64,000 nt of DNA from Phaeosaccion multiseriatum (taxonomy: Eukaryota > Protista > Ochrophyta, other classes). The first letter of the stretch is position 1. Every line of letters starts with the position of its first letter. The position numbers and the translations under genes were made by a program. The stretch covers positions 2,356,001 through 2,420,000 of the forward strand of contig OZ218965.1 in NCBI GenBank assembly GCA_965112735.1, given 5' to 3'. The notes beneath the pieces are model-generated. The model was not told where the DNA came from. It saw only the letters and a program-made list of their open reading frames with translations, and did no database searches. Shown piece by piece: positions 48,449 to 58,500 of the stretch.

Positions 48449-48749
48449 TCAGCCTTCGAACTTGAACCCGTCCTGCGCCGCCAGAGTGCCCGCCACCATT
48501 GCTGCTACGGCTTCAGACATGTCGGACTCCTGGTGCTGCGCTCTGACCGCCTGCCGCCGCTGCACGCGACTCACAATGCCGAGCAGCTCCTCACGCGTAG
48601 CGGGGATGGCGTTGCATTCTATCCATCCATGGCCGGCGCGGCGACAAGTCATGCAGTTAAATGGGGCATTGCCGTTGCCACGCTGCTTCACCGAGCCGTG
48701 GAACAGCAAGGGCCGCTGCTGGGTGGGCGTGAGCCGCGGCTGCTGCGCC

Positions 48750-48784
<35 letters not shown>

Positions 48785-50670
48785 TGCATTCACCCCCACC
48801 TCCTGTGACGGCTGATGGTCCAGATGCTGCTCCACCGAATTCACGGCCACTTCCAGATGCTGCTCCACCGCATTCACGGCCACTCCCCCGCGCGGAGTGC
48901 GCAGACCACCACCACCACCACCACGGGCCCGCGTAGCCCCACCAGTAGAAGAGAGCGTAAGTGGGCTACCAGCCTGGAGCACCCGAGTCGCGGAAGGAAA
49001 TGCCTTCTGGAAGGCGGCGTAGAAATCACTCCACGAGGGAGTCGCCGACTCCCAGCGCAGCCAGAAGTTGGTCATGCCGTCAGTTAATGGCAACGAGCCG
49101 TGACGAAGCCGAATCTCGACCTCTGGCCGCAGCACCGCCAGCAGGCCCGTAACCAAGGCTTGCTCATCCGTGGCCTGCCCCGTCACCTGCGCCAGACACA
49201 GAGAGAGTTCCGCCAGCTTGGTGAGCAGCCTGGCGAGCGCCTGGTTCACCTCGGCAGGAACGGTGGACGCTTCCAGAGGCTTGGCCTCCCGCACCAACGT
49301 CTGGACAAGCTGCTGGAGGCCGTCTCGCGCAACAGGAACGCCGAAGAGACGCAACAGACACCTCGCGAGCAATTGGAACTGTGCACTCTCCGTCTCCCAC
49401 TCCAATGTGACGTGCTGGTCGCCCTCCATCCACGACGCACCCTTCTGAGCCTCCGCCAGGACAGTGGCCCGATCCACTGCACCCAAGTCGGCCAGCACTC
49501 GCTGCTCCATCACCCGCCCTTGGCCCGGAAGCACGGACCCAGTAGAAGTCAAGATCTCCTGTCCTTGCAGAATGCTCACCCAGTTGTACATGCGTGCGAG
49601 CACCACAGCACGAGGATGAGGCTGTCCAGCCGCATCGAATAGAGAGGGAAGTTTCTGCTCCTGGAGCACACGGATAGCACCCACGGGCAGCGTGATCGTC
49701 TGCACCGTATGACGGGCGGGCGCCTGCAGCACATCCAGGGCCTGCTGCCGTGCCCGCTCCCGCTCCCGTTCCATGTCCCGCTGTAGCATATCCTTAACCT
49801 GCTGCTGCAGCACCTCTACCCCCCCGGTGCGGCATCCTTAACCTGCTGGAGCTGCGCCGCTAACAGCTCCCGCTGCAACGTCTCCACCTCCAACTGGGCA
49901 GCACCCTCAGGCGGCCGCTTCGGCGGCGGCTGCGCCGCCATCTGTCGCTGCAGCTCCGCCGCCACCTGCTGCTGCAGCTCCACCGCAAACTTCCGCTGCT
50001 GCTCCGCCCCCCGCGAGAGCCGCAGCACCTCCAGTTCCCGCTGGAGGGCCGCCGTCTCCGCCTTGCTCTCCCGCAGTTGGGCCGCCATGAGCTGCGCAGC
50101 TTGGTGCTGCGTCAGCATCTCAAGCCCCTCCTGGAGAACCCGCGTGTCCTCCTGCTCCGGTGTCTTCTCTCCCTCCGCTGGCTGATCCACCACCCGAGCC
50201 CCGCCAGACGCACCAACAAGAGGGACCAAGGGCGTGCCAACCACATCCCACACCGTGCTCTCCTCCTGGCCCACCGACTCTGCATCCCCCGAGTCCTCCT
50301 GGCCCACCGACTCTGCATCCCCCGAGTGGAAGGAAACCTCCGACGCCGCCACCGTCAGCGGCCTCACCCCAGCAGCAGGAGGGGAAGCGGCAGCAGCCGT
50401 AATCGCAGACCCCTCAAAAAAAGAGGGCGACTCCAGGGACTCCTCCCCCCGACGCAACGCCGCCCGCACACGGTCCACAGCCCCAGGGCTGGCAGTGACC
50501 TCCGCAGGAGGAGCAGCAGCTTCCGATACCACAGACCCCACGTCCGCAGCACCACCATCAGCTCCACCGCCCTCAGCGTCACTCGTAGCGCCCTCCGCCG
50601 ATGAAAGACTCAGGAAGTCCCCCTCCTCAGCCCTGGCCACCCTAGCAGCGTGGAACCGCAGGAAGTCCAT
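48449..50670 (-). CDS. gag: Gag of element B, two segments separated by a frame break at the G7 run (49819-49825)
   Basis: ATG 50670; coiled-coil N-terminal part; zinc knuckle CMTCRRAGHGWIEC (CX2CX4HX4C). Confidence 0.8.
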
Positions 50671-50803
50671 CCCCGCCTCAGCCAGTGCCACCCTAGCAAG
50701 CCCAAAGCTGTCTACGGCCTAAAGCTGGGCAGCTGGAAGCAAAGCTCAAGCCAACACAATAAATCAGCCTCAAAGCTGGATCTCAGACCTGTGTCTTTCG
50801 GGT

Positions 50804-50812
50804 CTTCCGGGT
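50804..50812 (-). promoter_or_regulatory. Putative self-priming primer-binding site (ACCCGGAAG)
   Basis: Immediately follows the 5' LTR; complementary to LTR 50876-50884; lacks the TGG of a tRNA PBS. Confidence 0.7.
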
Positions 50813-51008
50813 TGTCGAAACTACCGACAGCTAGCCTCAAAGCCAAGCTAGAGCAGAGCAGGAGCTGAAGCAAGCACCCGGAAGCCAGCCCACACGCAGG
50901 CTGCGCTTCCTTCCTTTTATTACTGATTTACCGTCTAGTTGGCCCGTTTTCCGGCCGTTACACTACTGATTGGGTCCCCAAGGGACCCCAACTAGGCCAC
51001 TTCTAACA
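50813..51008 (-). repeat. 5' LTR of element B
   Basis: Identical to 38520-38715; TAATAAAA at 50915-50922. Confidence 0.96.
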
Positions 51009-53438
51009 GTTCATGGAGGGCCACCACACTCGCTCCTGCAGCGCATCCAGCATCCGCCCTGGCCCGTGATGGCCGCCTGAGACCGCATCGCCGTGCGTGG
51101 CATGCAGCAGGGCCGGCCTGAGCGCCTTGGGGACGCAGAGCTGCAACCTCGTTCGCTCTACCCGCCACCGTCGCCCCCCGGGGGCCCACTTGCGGCGAAG
51201 GACGCCATCGCCATCGAGAGAGAACTCCCCCCCGCCCGCATCGAACACCCCCTCGCCTGGGGAGGCTGCCAAGACCTTCTGACGCCACCCCTCCAACTCA
51301 GCGTCCTGCTGCTGCGCCTTCACCCACCACGCGGGCTGGTAAGTCCGAGCCCCATGCAATATGCGGGCTGCGCACGACTGCTCACCCACTGCCGGGGGAA
51401 CACCAGGGAGGGACCACCCAAATTGCCGCGTAGCAGCCTGCCTTGCGGCCTCCACGTCTGCCAGCGCTGCTGCCTCGCTCGCCGCAGCCGCATGGGCATC
51501 GGTGTCAGCCGCTAGAGTCGCTCCAGCCTCTCGTCCCTCCACCCCCGTGGCCGAGCCGCCAACTGTGAGTCCGCCGCCTCCTCCTCCTCCTCCTCCTCCG
51601 CCTCCTCCTCCTCCTCCTCCTCCTCCTCCTCCTCCTCCTCCTCCTCCTCCTCCTCCTCCTCCTCCTCCACCTCCGCCGCCGCCGCTGCCGCCGCCTTCAA
51701 CCCCTCCTCCGCCGCCTGCACCACCCGCACCGTCACCGCCGCCGGCTGTGGCGTCTGCTGGGGCCGCAGGCGGTGTGCGCTCCGCCTCCACCGTCGATGC
51801 ACCCACCACGCCCGCGGCCTCGACGGCGGCAGGGATGTCCCACGCCACACCTTGGGTTTGCCACTGCTGCTGGGCCTCTGTGGGGGTCACCATGGTGTAG
51901 TAGCCGCCCGTATCTGCGGCGATGGCACTCCACGTCTTCTCAATCATAACCGCTCGAGGTAGTGACAGCTTGCCACGCCTCCGCGCCGCGGCCGGCCGAT
52001 AGCGCGCCCTGAACTGCTCCACTGCGTCCATGAGCTCCGTCCAGGTCCACTGGGGATGTCGGTAAGAAAGAAGGATCAGGTCGATCATCTCCACTGACTT
52101 AGCGGTCGCTGAGAAAATGAAGAGCGGACTGGCGTGCTCCCGATCGGCCCAATACCCCACCCCGGCAGAGACGAACTGTCCTGCGCGCATCTCAGCACGC
52201 GTCACACCCGCCCCCCCGCTATCCACCGCGCTCACTTCCATCGCAGACGGCACCGGAACTGCACAAGCCCGCATCTTCGGCAACAACTGTAGTAATGCGG
52301 CCACATCGTCGAAGGCATAGCTGAGCTGGGCCGCAGTGAGCTCCCGCTGAGTCCAATCCGTCTTCTGCTCCTCCTTGCTCATAAAACGCTGCAGGAACAT
52401 ACTAACCAGGTCTGCTAAGCCAATGGGACGGCAGTGCTCAGGCCACACCTCCTTGAATAAATGCGTCGTGTCGACCAAGTTGGCGATGGTCCACACATGC
52501 GGCGCCAACGCCGGCCACTTCCCTAGGGCACGCTGGTCGTGACTCCAGTGATGCGCCAGCTTCATAATCCCCCCGTCGCCCCACAGCTCACTCAGCACCG
52601 CCGCCAGCGCCTCCATACCACCATTGCCACTCAAACTGTCCAAATCCACCCAGAACCCACAATCACGCTCCGAATTGGCGACGCCGCTATACTGAACACC
52701 CAACTGCAGCAGAGACGCCGGCCGAGGAGGAGTGCGTATAGCCCACTCCGAGTCCATGGCCACCACTGTCGCCTCCCGCAGTGCCGCTCGCATGTCCCAC
52801 ACCTGCTCCTCCGTGCGTATGTACGTGCACCGCGCTGCTGGCACGTGGCTGAGAAACAGCGGCAGCTGAGACCACTCCTCTATCACCCGTTTCTTCTCGT
52901 TGATGTGGGACAGGGTCACTGGAGCCCAGCCACATTGCCGCATCTGCTCCACGTGCTGCAGCCGAGCCGACCCGAAGCCGCCTGGCGCCTCGACCGCCAC
53001 ACTGTCCACGCACAGCGCCTCCAAACCTGCCGACGCCTGCTGTCTCGCCGTGACCGACGAGAGCCCCTCCATAGGCACTGACTGAGCCGCCACCGCCTCC
53101 CCTTGCAACTGCTGCGCCGCGGCAGCAAACCGCAGCACCGCACCTTCCACCGGATCCTCCCACCCTAACGCGAGGGTGTCACCCACCACATCCACCAACG
53201 CCACCTCCACTCCCACCGCATCACACCACTCAGTCACAGGCAAGGGGTCGCGTGACAAGCAGTCAGGCACCACAAGCTCCCGCCCCGGTTTGTGGACAAA
53301 CTTGAGATGATGAGCAGAGAGCCGTTCATACCACCGAAAGAGCTTGGAGTTGGTGTCCTTGTGTGTCGCCAGCCACAGCAATGGTTGGTGGTCCGTCACC
53401 ACCGTGCAGGGATGGTGGCAAATGTACATGCTCAACTT
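51009..53438 (-). pseudogene. Element A pol fragment: RNase H C-terminal half, DEDDy exonuclease, unknown domain, poly-Gly linker, integrase zinc-finger N-half
   Basis: TDHQPLLWL..PDCLSR; AMDSEW..HHWSHDQRAL..YAFDD; HATH..GGHHGPGRMLDALQERVWWPSMN. Confidence 0.9.
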
Positions 53439-53631
53439 GCGACCTAAGCCGCTTAGACAAGTGGTAACCCTTGATATATTATACGGGATGGAACCCGTTT
53501 GCAAGCCCTGCTGCTAGGCTCTCCTTATACCAAGATCACCGTTCTGACGTCCTCCTCCACTCAGAATCTACGTAATATAGGACACACCGACCATTGACTT
53601 ATGGTCCTTCTCGCTCCGAGGCCTTCCAACA
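53439..53631 (-). repeat. 5' LTR of element A (7 bp of the U5 end missing, fused to RNase H)
   Basis: Direct repeat of 36391-36583. Confidence 0.9.
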
Positions 53632-55548
53632 CAGTGGAGAACCACTTCGTCCGAGGCCTCAGGACTCGAGAACCACTTGAGAACCACTTCGTCCGAGGCC
53701 TCAGGACTCGAGAAACCACTGGAGAATCACTTCGTCCGAGGCCTCAGGACTCGAGAACCAGTGGAGAACCACTTCGTCCGAGGCCTCAGGACTCGAGAAC
53801 CACTTGAGAACCACCTCGTCCGAGGCCTCAGGACTCGAGAACCAGTGGAGAACCACTTCGTCCGAGGCCTCAGGACTCGAGAACCACTTGAGAATCACTT
53901 CGTCCGCGGCCTCAGGACTCGAGAACCAGTGAAGAACCACTTCGTCCGAGGCCTCAGGACTCGAGAACCAGTGGAGAACCACTTCGTCCGAGGCCTCAGG
54001 ACTCGAGAACCAGTGGAGAACCACTTCGTCCGAGGCCTCAGGACTCGAGAACCACTGGAGAACCACTTCGTCCGAGGCCTCAGGACTCGAGAACCAGTGG
54101 AGAACCACTTCGTCCGAGGCCTCAGGACTCGAGAACCACTGGAGAATCACTTCGTCCGAGGCCTCAGGACTCGAGAAACAGTGGAGAACCACTTCGTCCG
54201 AGGCCTCAGGACTCGAGAACCAGTGGAGAACCACTTCGTCCGCGGTCTCAGGACTCGAGAACCACTTGAGAATCACTTCGTCCGCGGCCTCAGGACTCGA
54301 GAACCAGTGAAGAACCACTTCGTCCGAGGCCTCAGGACTCGAGAACCAGTGGAGAACCACTTCGTCCGAGGCCTCAGGACTCGAGAACCAGTGGAGAACC
54401 ACTTCGTCCGAGGCCTCAGGACTCGAGAACCACTGGAGAACCACTTCGTCCGAGGCCTCAGGACTCGAGAACCAGTGGAGAACCACTTCGTCCGAGGCCT
54501 CAGGACTCGAGAACCACTGGAGAATCACTTCGTCCGCGGCCTCAGGACTCGAGAACCACTTGAGAACCACTTCGTCCGAGGCCTCAGGACTCGAGAACCA
54601 GTGGAGAACCACTTCGGCCGCGGCCTCAGGACTCGAGAACCACTTGAGAACCACTTCGTCCGAGGCCTCAGGACTCGAGAACCACTGAGGCCTCAGGACT
54701 CGAGAACCAGTGGAGAACCACTTCGTCCGCGGCCTCAGGACTCGAGAACCAGTGGAGAACCACTTCGTCCGATGCCTCAGGACTCGGGAACCAGTGGAGA
54801 ACCACTTCGTCCGAGGCCTCAGGACTCGAGAACCAGTTGAGAACCACTTCGTCCGAGGCCTCAGGACTCGAGAACCACTTGAGAACCACTTCGTCCGCGG
54901 CCTCAGGACTCGAGAACCACTTGAGAACCACTTCGTCCGCGGCCTCAGAACTCGAGAACCACTTGAGAACCACTTCGTCCGAGGCCTCAGGACTCGAGAA
55001 CCACTTGAGAACCACTTCGTCCGAGGCCTCAGGACTCGAGAACCACTTAAGAACCACTTCGTCCGAGGCCTCAGGACTCGAGAACCAGTGGAGAACCACT
55101 TCGTCCGCGGCCTCAGGACTCGAGAACCACTTGAGAACCACTTCGTCCGAGGCCTCAGGACTCGAGAACCACTTGAGAACCACTTCGTCCGAGGCCTCAG
55201 GACTCGAGAAACAGTGGAGAACCACTTCGTCCGAGGCCTCAGGACTCGAGAACCACTTGAGAACCACTTCGTCCGAGGCCTCAGGACTCGAGAACCAGTG
55301 GAGAACCACTTCGTCCGAGGCATCAGGACTCGAGAACCAGTGGAGAACCACTTCGTCCGAGGCCTCAGCACTCGAGAACCAGTGGAGAACCACTTCGTCC
55401 GAGGCCTCAGGACTCGAGAACCAGTGGAGAACCACTTCGTCCGAGGCCTCAGGACTCGAGAACCAGTGGAGAACCACTTCGTCCGATGCTTCAGGACTCG
55501 AGAACCAGTGGAGAACCACTTCGTCCGCGGCCTCAGGACTCGAGAACC
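53632..55548 (+). repeat. 42-bp subtelomeric satellite, distal block (about 45 units), directly joined to the telomere
   Basis: Same unit as 36053-36383; junction ..gagaacc|ttaggg. Confidence 0.97.
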
Positions 55549-58500
55549 TTAGGGTTAGGGTTAGGGTTAGGGTTAGGGTTAGGGTTAGGGTTAGGGTTAG
55601 GGTTAGGGTTAGGGTTAGGGTTAGGGTTAGGGTTAGGTTAGGGTTAGGGTTAGGGTTAGGGTTAGGGTTAGGGTTAGGGTTAGGGTTAGGTTAGGGTTAG
55701 GGTTAGGGTTAGGGTTAGGGTTAGGGTTAGGGTTAGGGTTAGGGTTAGGGTTAGGGTTAGGTTAGGGTTAGGGTTAGGGTTAGGGTTAGGGTTAGGGTTA
55801 GGGTTAGGGTTAGGGTTAGGGTTAGGGTTAGGGTTAGGGTTAGGGTTAGGGTTAGGGTTAGGGTTAGGGTTAGGGTTAGGGTTAGGGTTAGGGTTAGGGT
55901 TAGGGTTAGGGTTAGGGTTAGGGTTAGGGTTAGGGTTAGGGTTAGGGTTAGGTTAGGGTTAGGGTTAGGGTTAGGGTTAGGGTTAGGGTTAGGGTTAGGG
56001 TTAGGGTTAGGGTTAGGGTTAGGGTTAGGGTTAGGGTTAGGGTTAGGGTTAGGGTTAGGGTTAGGGTTAGGGTTAGGGTTAGGGTTAGGGTTAGGGTTAG
56101 GGTTAGGGTTAGGGTTAGGGTTAGGGTTAGGGTTAGGTTAGGGTTAGGGTTAGGGTTAGGGTTAGGGTTAGGGTTAGGTTAGGGTTAGGGTTAGGGTTAG
56201 GGTTAGGTTAGGGTTAGGGTTAGGGTTAGGGTTAGGGTTAGGGTTAGGGTTAGGGTTAGGGTTAGGGTTAGGGTTAGGGTTAGGGTTAGGGTTAGGGTTA
56301 GGGTTAGGGTTAGGGTTAGGGTTAGGGTTAGGGTTAGGGTTAGGGTTAGGGTTAGGGTTAGGGTTAGGGTTAGGGTTAGGGTTAGGGTTAGGGTTAGGGT
56401 TAGGGTTAGGGTTAGGGTTAGGGTTAGGGTTAGGGTTAGGGTTAGGGTTAGGGTTAGGGTTAGGGTTAGGGTTAGGGTTAGGGTTAGGGTTAGGGTTAGG
56501 GTTAGGGTTAGGGTTAGGGTTAGGGTTAGGGTTAGGGTTAGGGTTAGGGTTAGGGTTAGGGTTAGGGTTAGGGTTAGGGTTAGGGTTAGGGTTAGGGTTA
56601 GGGTTAGGGTTAGGGTTAGGGTTAGGGTTAGGGTTAGGGTTAGGGTTAGGGTTAGGGTTAGGGTTAGGGTTAGGGTTAGGGTTAGGGTTAGGGTTAGGGT
56701 TAGGGTTAGGGTTAGGGTTAGGGTTAGGGTTAGGGTTAGGGTTAGGGTTAGGGTTAGGGTTAGGGTTAGGGTTAGGGTTAGGGTTAGGGTTAGGGTTAGG
56801 GTTAGGGTTAGGGTTAGGGTTAGGGTTAGGGTTAGGGTTAGGGTTAGGGTTAGGGTTAGGGTTAGGGTTAGGGTTAGGGTTAGGGTTAGGGTTAGGGTTA
56901 GGGTTAGGGTTAGGGTTAGGGTTAGGGTTAGGGTTAGGGTTAGGGTTAGGGTTAGGGTTAGGGTTAGGGTTAGGGTTAGGGTTAGGGTTAGGGTTAGGGT
57001 TAGGGTTAGGGTTAGGGTTAGGGTTAGGGTTAGGGTTAGGGTTAGGGTTAGGGTTAGGGTTAGGGTTAGGGTTAGGGTTAGGGTTAGGGTTAGGGTTAGG
57101 GTTAGGGTTAGGGTTAGGGTTAGGGTTAGGGTTAGGGTTAGGGTTAGGGTTAGGGTTAGGGTTAGGGTTAGGGTTAGGGTTAGGGTTAGGGTTAGGGTTA
57201 GGGTTAGGGTTAGGGTTAGGGTTAGGGTTAGGGTTAGGGTTAGGGTTAGGGTTAGGGTTAGGGTTAGGGTTAGGGTTAGGGTTAGGGTTAGGGTTAGGGT
57301 TAGGGTTAGGGTTAGGGTTAGGGTTAGGGTTAGGGTTAGGGTTAGGGTTAGGGTTAGGGTTAGGGTTAGGGTTAGGGTTAGGGTTAGGGTTAGGGTTAGG
57401 GTTAGGGTTAGGGTTAGGGTTAGGGTTAGGGTTAGGGTTAGGGTTAGGGTTAGGGTTAGGGTTAGGGTTAGGGTTAGGGTTAGGGTTAGGGTTAGGGTTA
57501 GGGTTAGGGTTAGGGTTAGGGTTAGGGTTAGGGTTAGGGTTAGGGTTAGGGTTAGGGTTAGGGTTAGGGTTAGGGTTAGGGTTAGGGTTAGGGTTAGGGT
57601 TAGGGTTAGGGTTAGGGTTAGGGTTAGGGTTAGGGTTAGGGTTAGGGTTAGGGTTAGGGTTAGGGTTAGGGTTAGGGTTAGGGTTAGGGTTAGGGTTAGG
57701 GTTAGGGTTAGGGTTAGGGTTAGGGTTAGGGTTAGGGTTAGGGTTAGGGTTAGGGTTAGGGTTAGGGTTAGGGTTAGGGTTAGGGTTAGGGTTAGGGTTA
57801 GGGTTAGGGTTAGGGTTAGGGTTAGGGTTAGGGTTAGGGTTAGGGTTAGGGTTAGGGTTAGGGTTAGGGTTAGGGTTAGGGTTAGGGTTAGGGTTAGGGT
57901 TAGGGTTAGGGTTAGGGTTAGGGTTAGGGTTAGGGTTAGGGTTAGGGTTAGGGTTAGGGTTAGGGTTAGGGTTAGGGTTAGGGTTAGGGTTAGGGTTAGG
58001 GTTAGGGTTAGGGTTAGGGTTAGGGTTAGGGTTAGGGTTAGGGTTAGGGTTAGGGTTAGGGTTAGGGTTAGGGTTAGGGTTAGGGTTAGGGTTAGGGTTA
58101 GGGTTAGGGTTAGGGTTAGGGTTAGGGTTAGGGTTAGGGTTAGGGTTAGGGTTAGGGTTAGGGTTAGGGTTAGGGTTAGGGTTAGGGTTAGGGTTAGGGT
58201 TAGGGTTAGGGTTAGGGTTAGGGTTAGGGTTAGGGTTAGGGTTAGGGTTAGGGTTAGGGTTAGGGTTAGGGTTAGGGTTAGGGTTAGGGTTAGGGTTAGG
58301 GTTAGGGTTAGGGTTAGGGTTAGGGTTAGGGTTAGGGTTAGGGTTAGGGTTAGGGTTAGGGTTAGGGTTAGGGTTAGGGTTAGGGTTAGGGTTAGGGTTA
58401 GGGTTAGGGTTAGGGTTAGGGTTAGGGTTAGGGTTAGGGTTAGGGTTAGGGTTAGGGTTAGGGTTAGGGTTAGGGTTAGGGTTAGGGTTAGGGTTAGGGT

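Larger units (their letters stand above)
38520..51008 (-). mobile_element. Element B: full-length 12.5-kb Ty3/gypsy chromovirus-like LTR retrotransposon with identical 196-bp LTRs
   Basis: LTRs 38520-38715 and 50813-51008, identical by eye, TG..CA; PPT gaggggga at 38716-38723; domain order gag(CCHC), PR, RT, RH, exonuclease, IN, chromodomain. Confidence 0.96.
36384..53631 (-). mobile_element. Element A: internally deleted Ty3/gypsy (chromovirus-like) LTR retrotransposon inserted in the satellite, TSD CAGT
   Basis: LTRs at 36384-36583 (TG..CA, 200 bp) and 53439-53631 (U5 end lost); cagt at 36380-36383 and 53632-53635. Remaining pol is RNase H 3' part, exonuclease, integrase and chromodomain; gag, PR and RT are deleted. 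Confidence 0.92.

Noticed and set aside
51570-51690. Poly-Gly tract as a functional domain
   Set aside because: (GGA)n microsatellite expansion in a non-conserved linker of a defective element
51003-53504. 833-aa ORF as a functional gene
   Set aside because: It starts inside the LTR across a deletion junction and is cut by the nested insertion; it is a pol remnant
53632-55548. CRISPR-like array (short repeats with dyad symmetry)
   Set aside because: Units are contiguous with no unique spacers, there are no cas genes, and the context is a eukaryotic subtelomere; it is a satellite
53677-55694. Long ORFs in the satellite and telomere (ENHFVRGLRTREP repeats)
   Set aside because: By-product of a 42-bp unit that is stop-free in several frames; no ATG context or coding evidence
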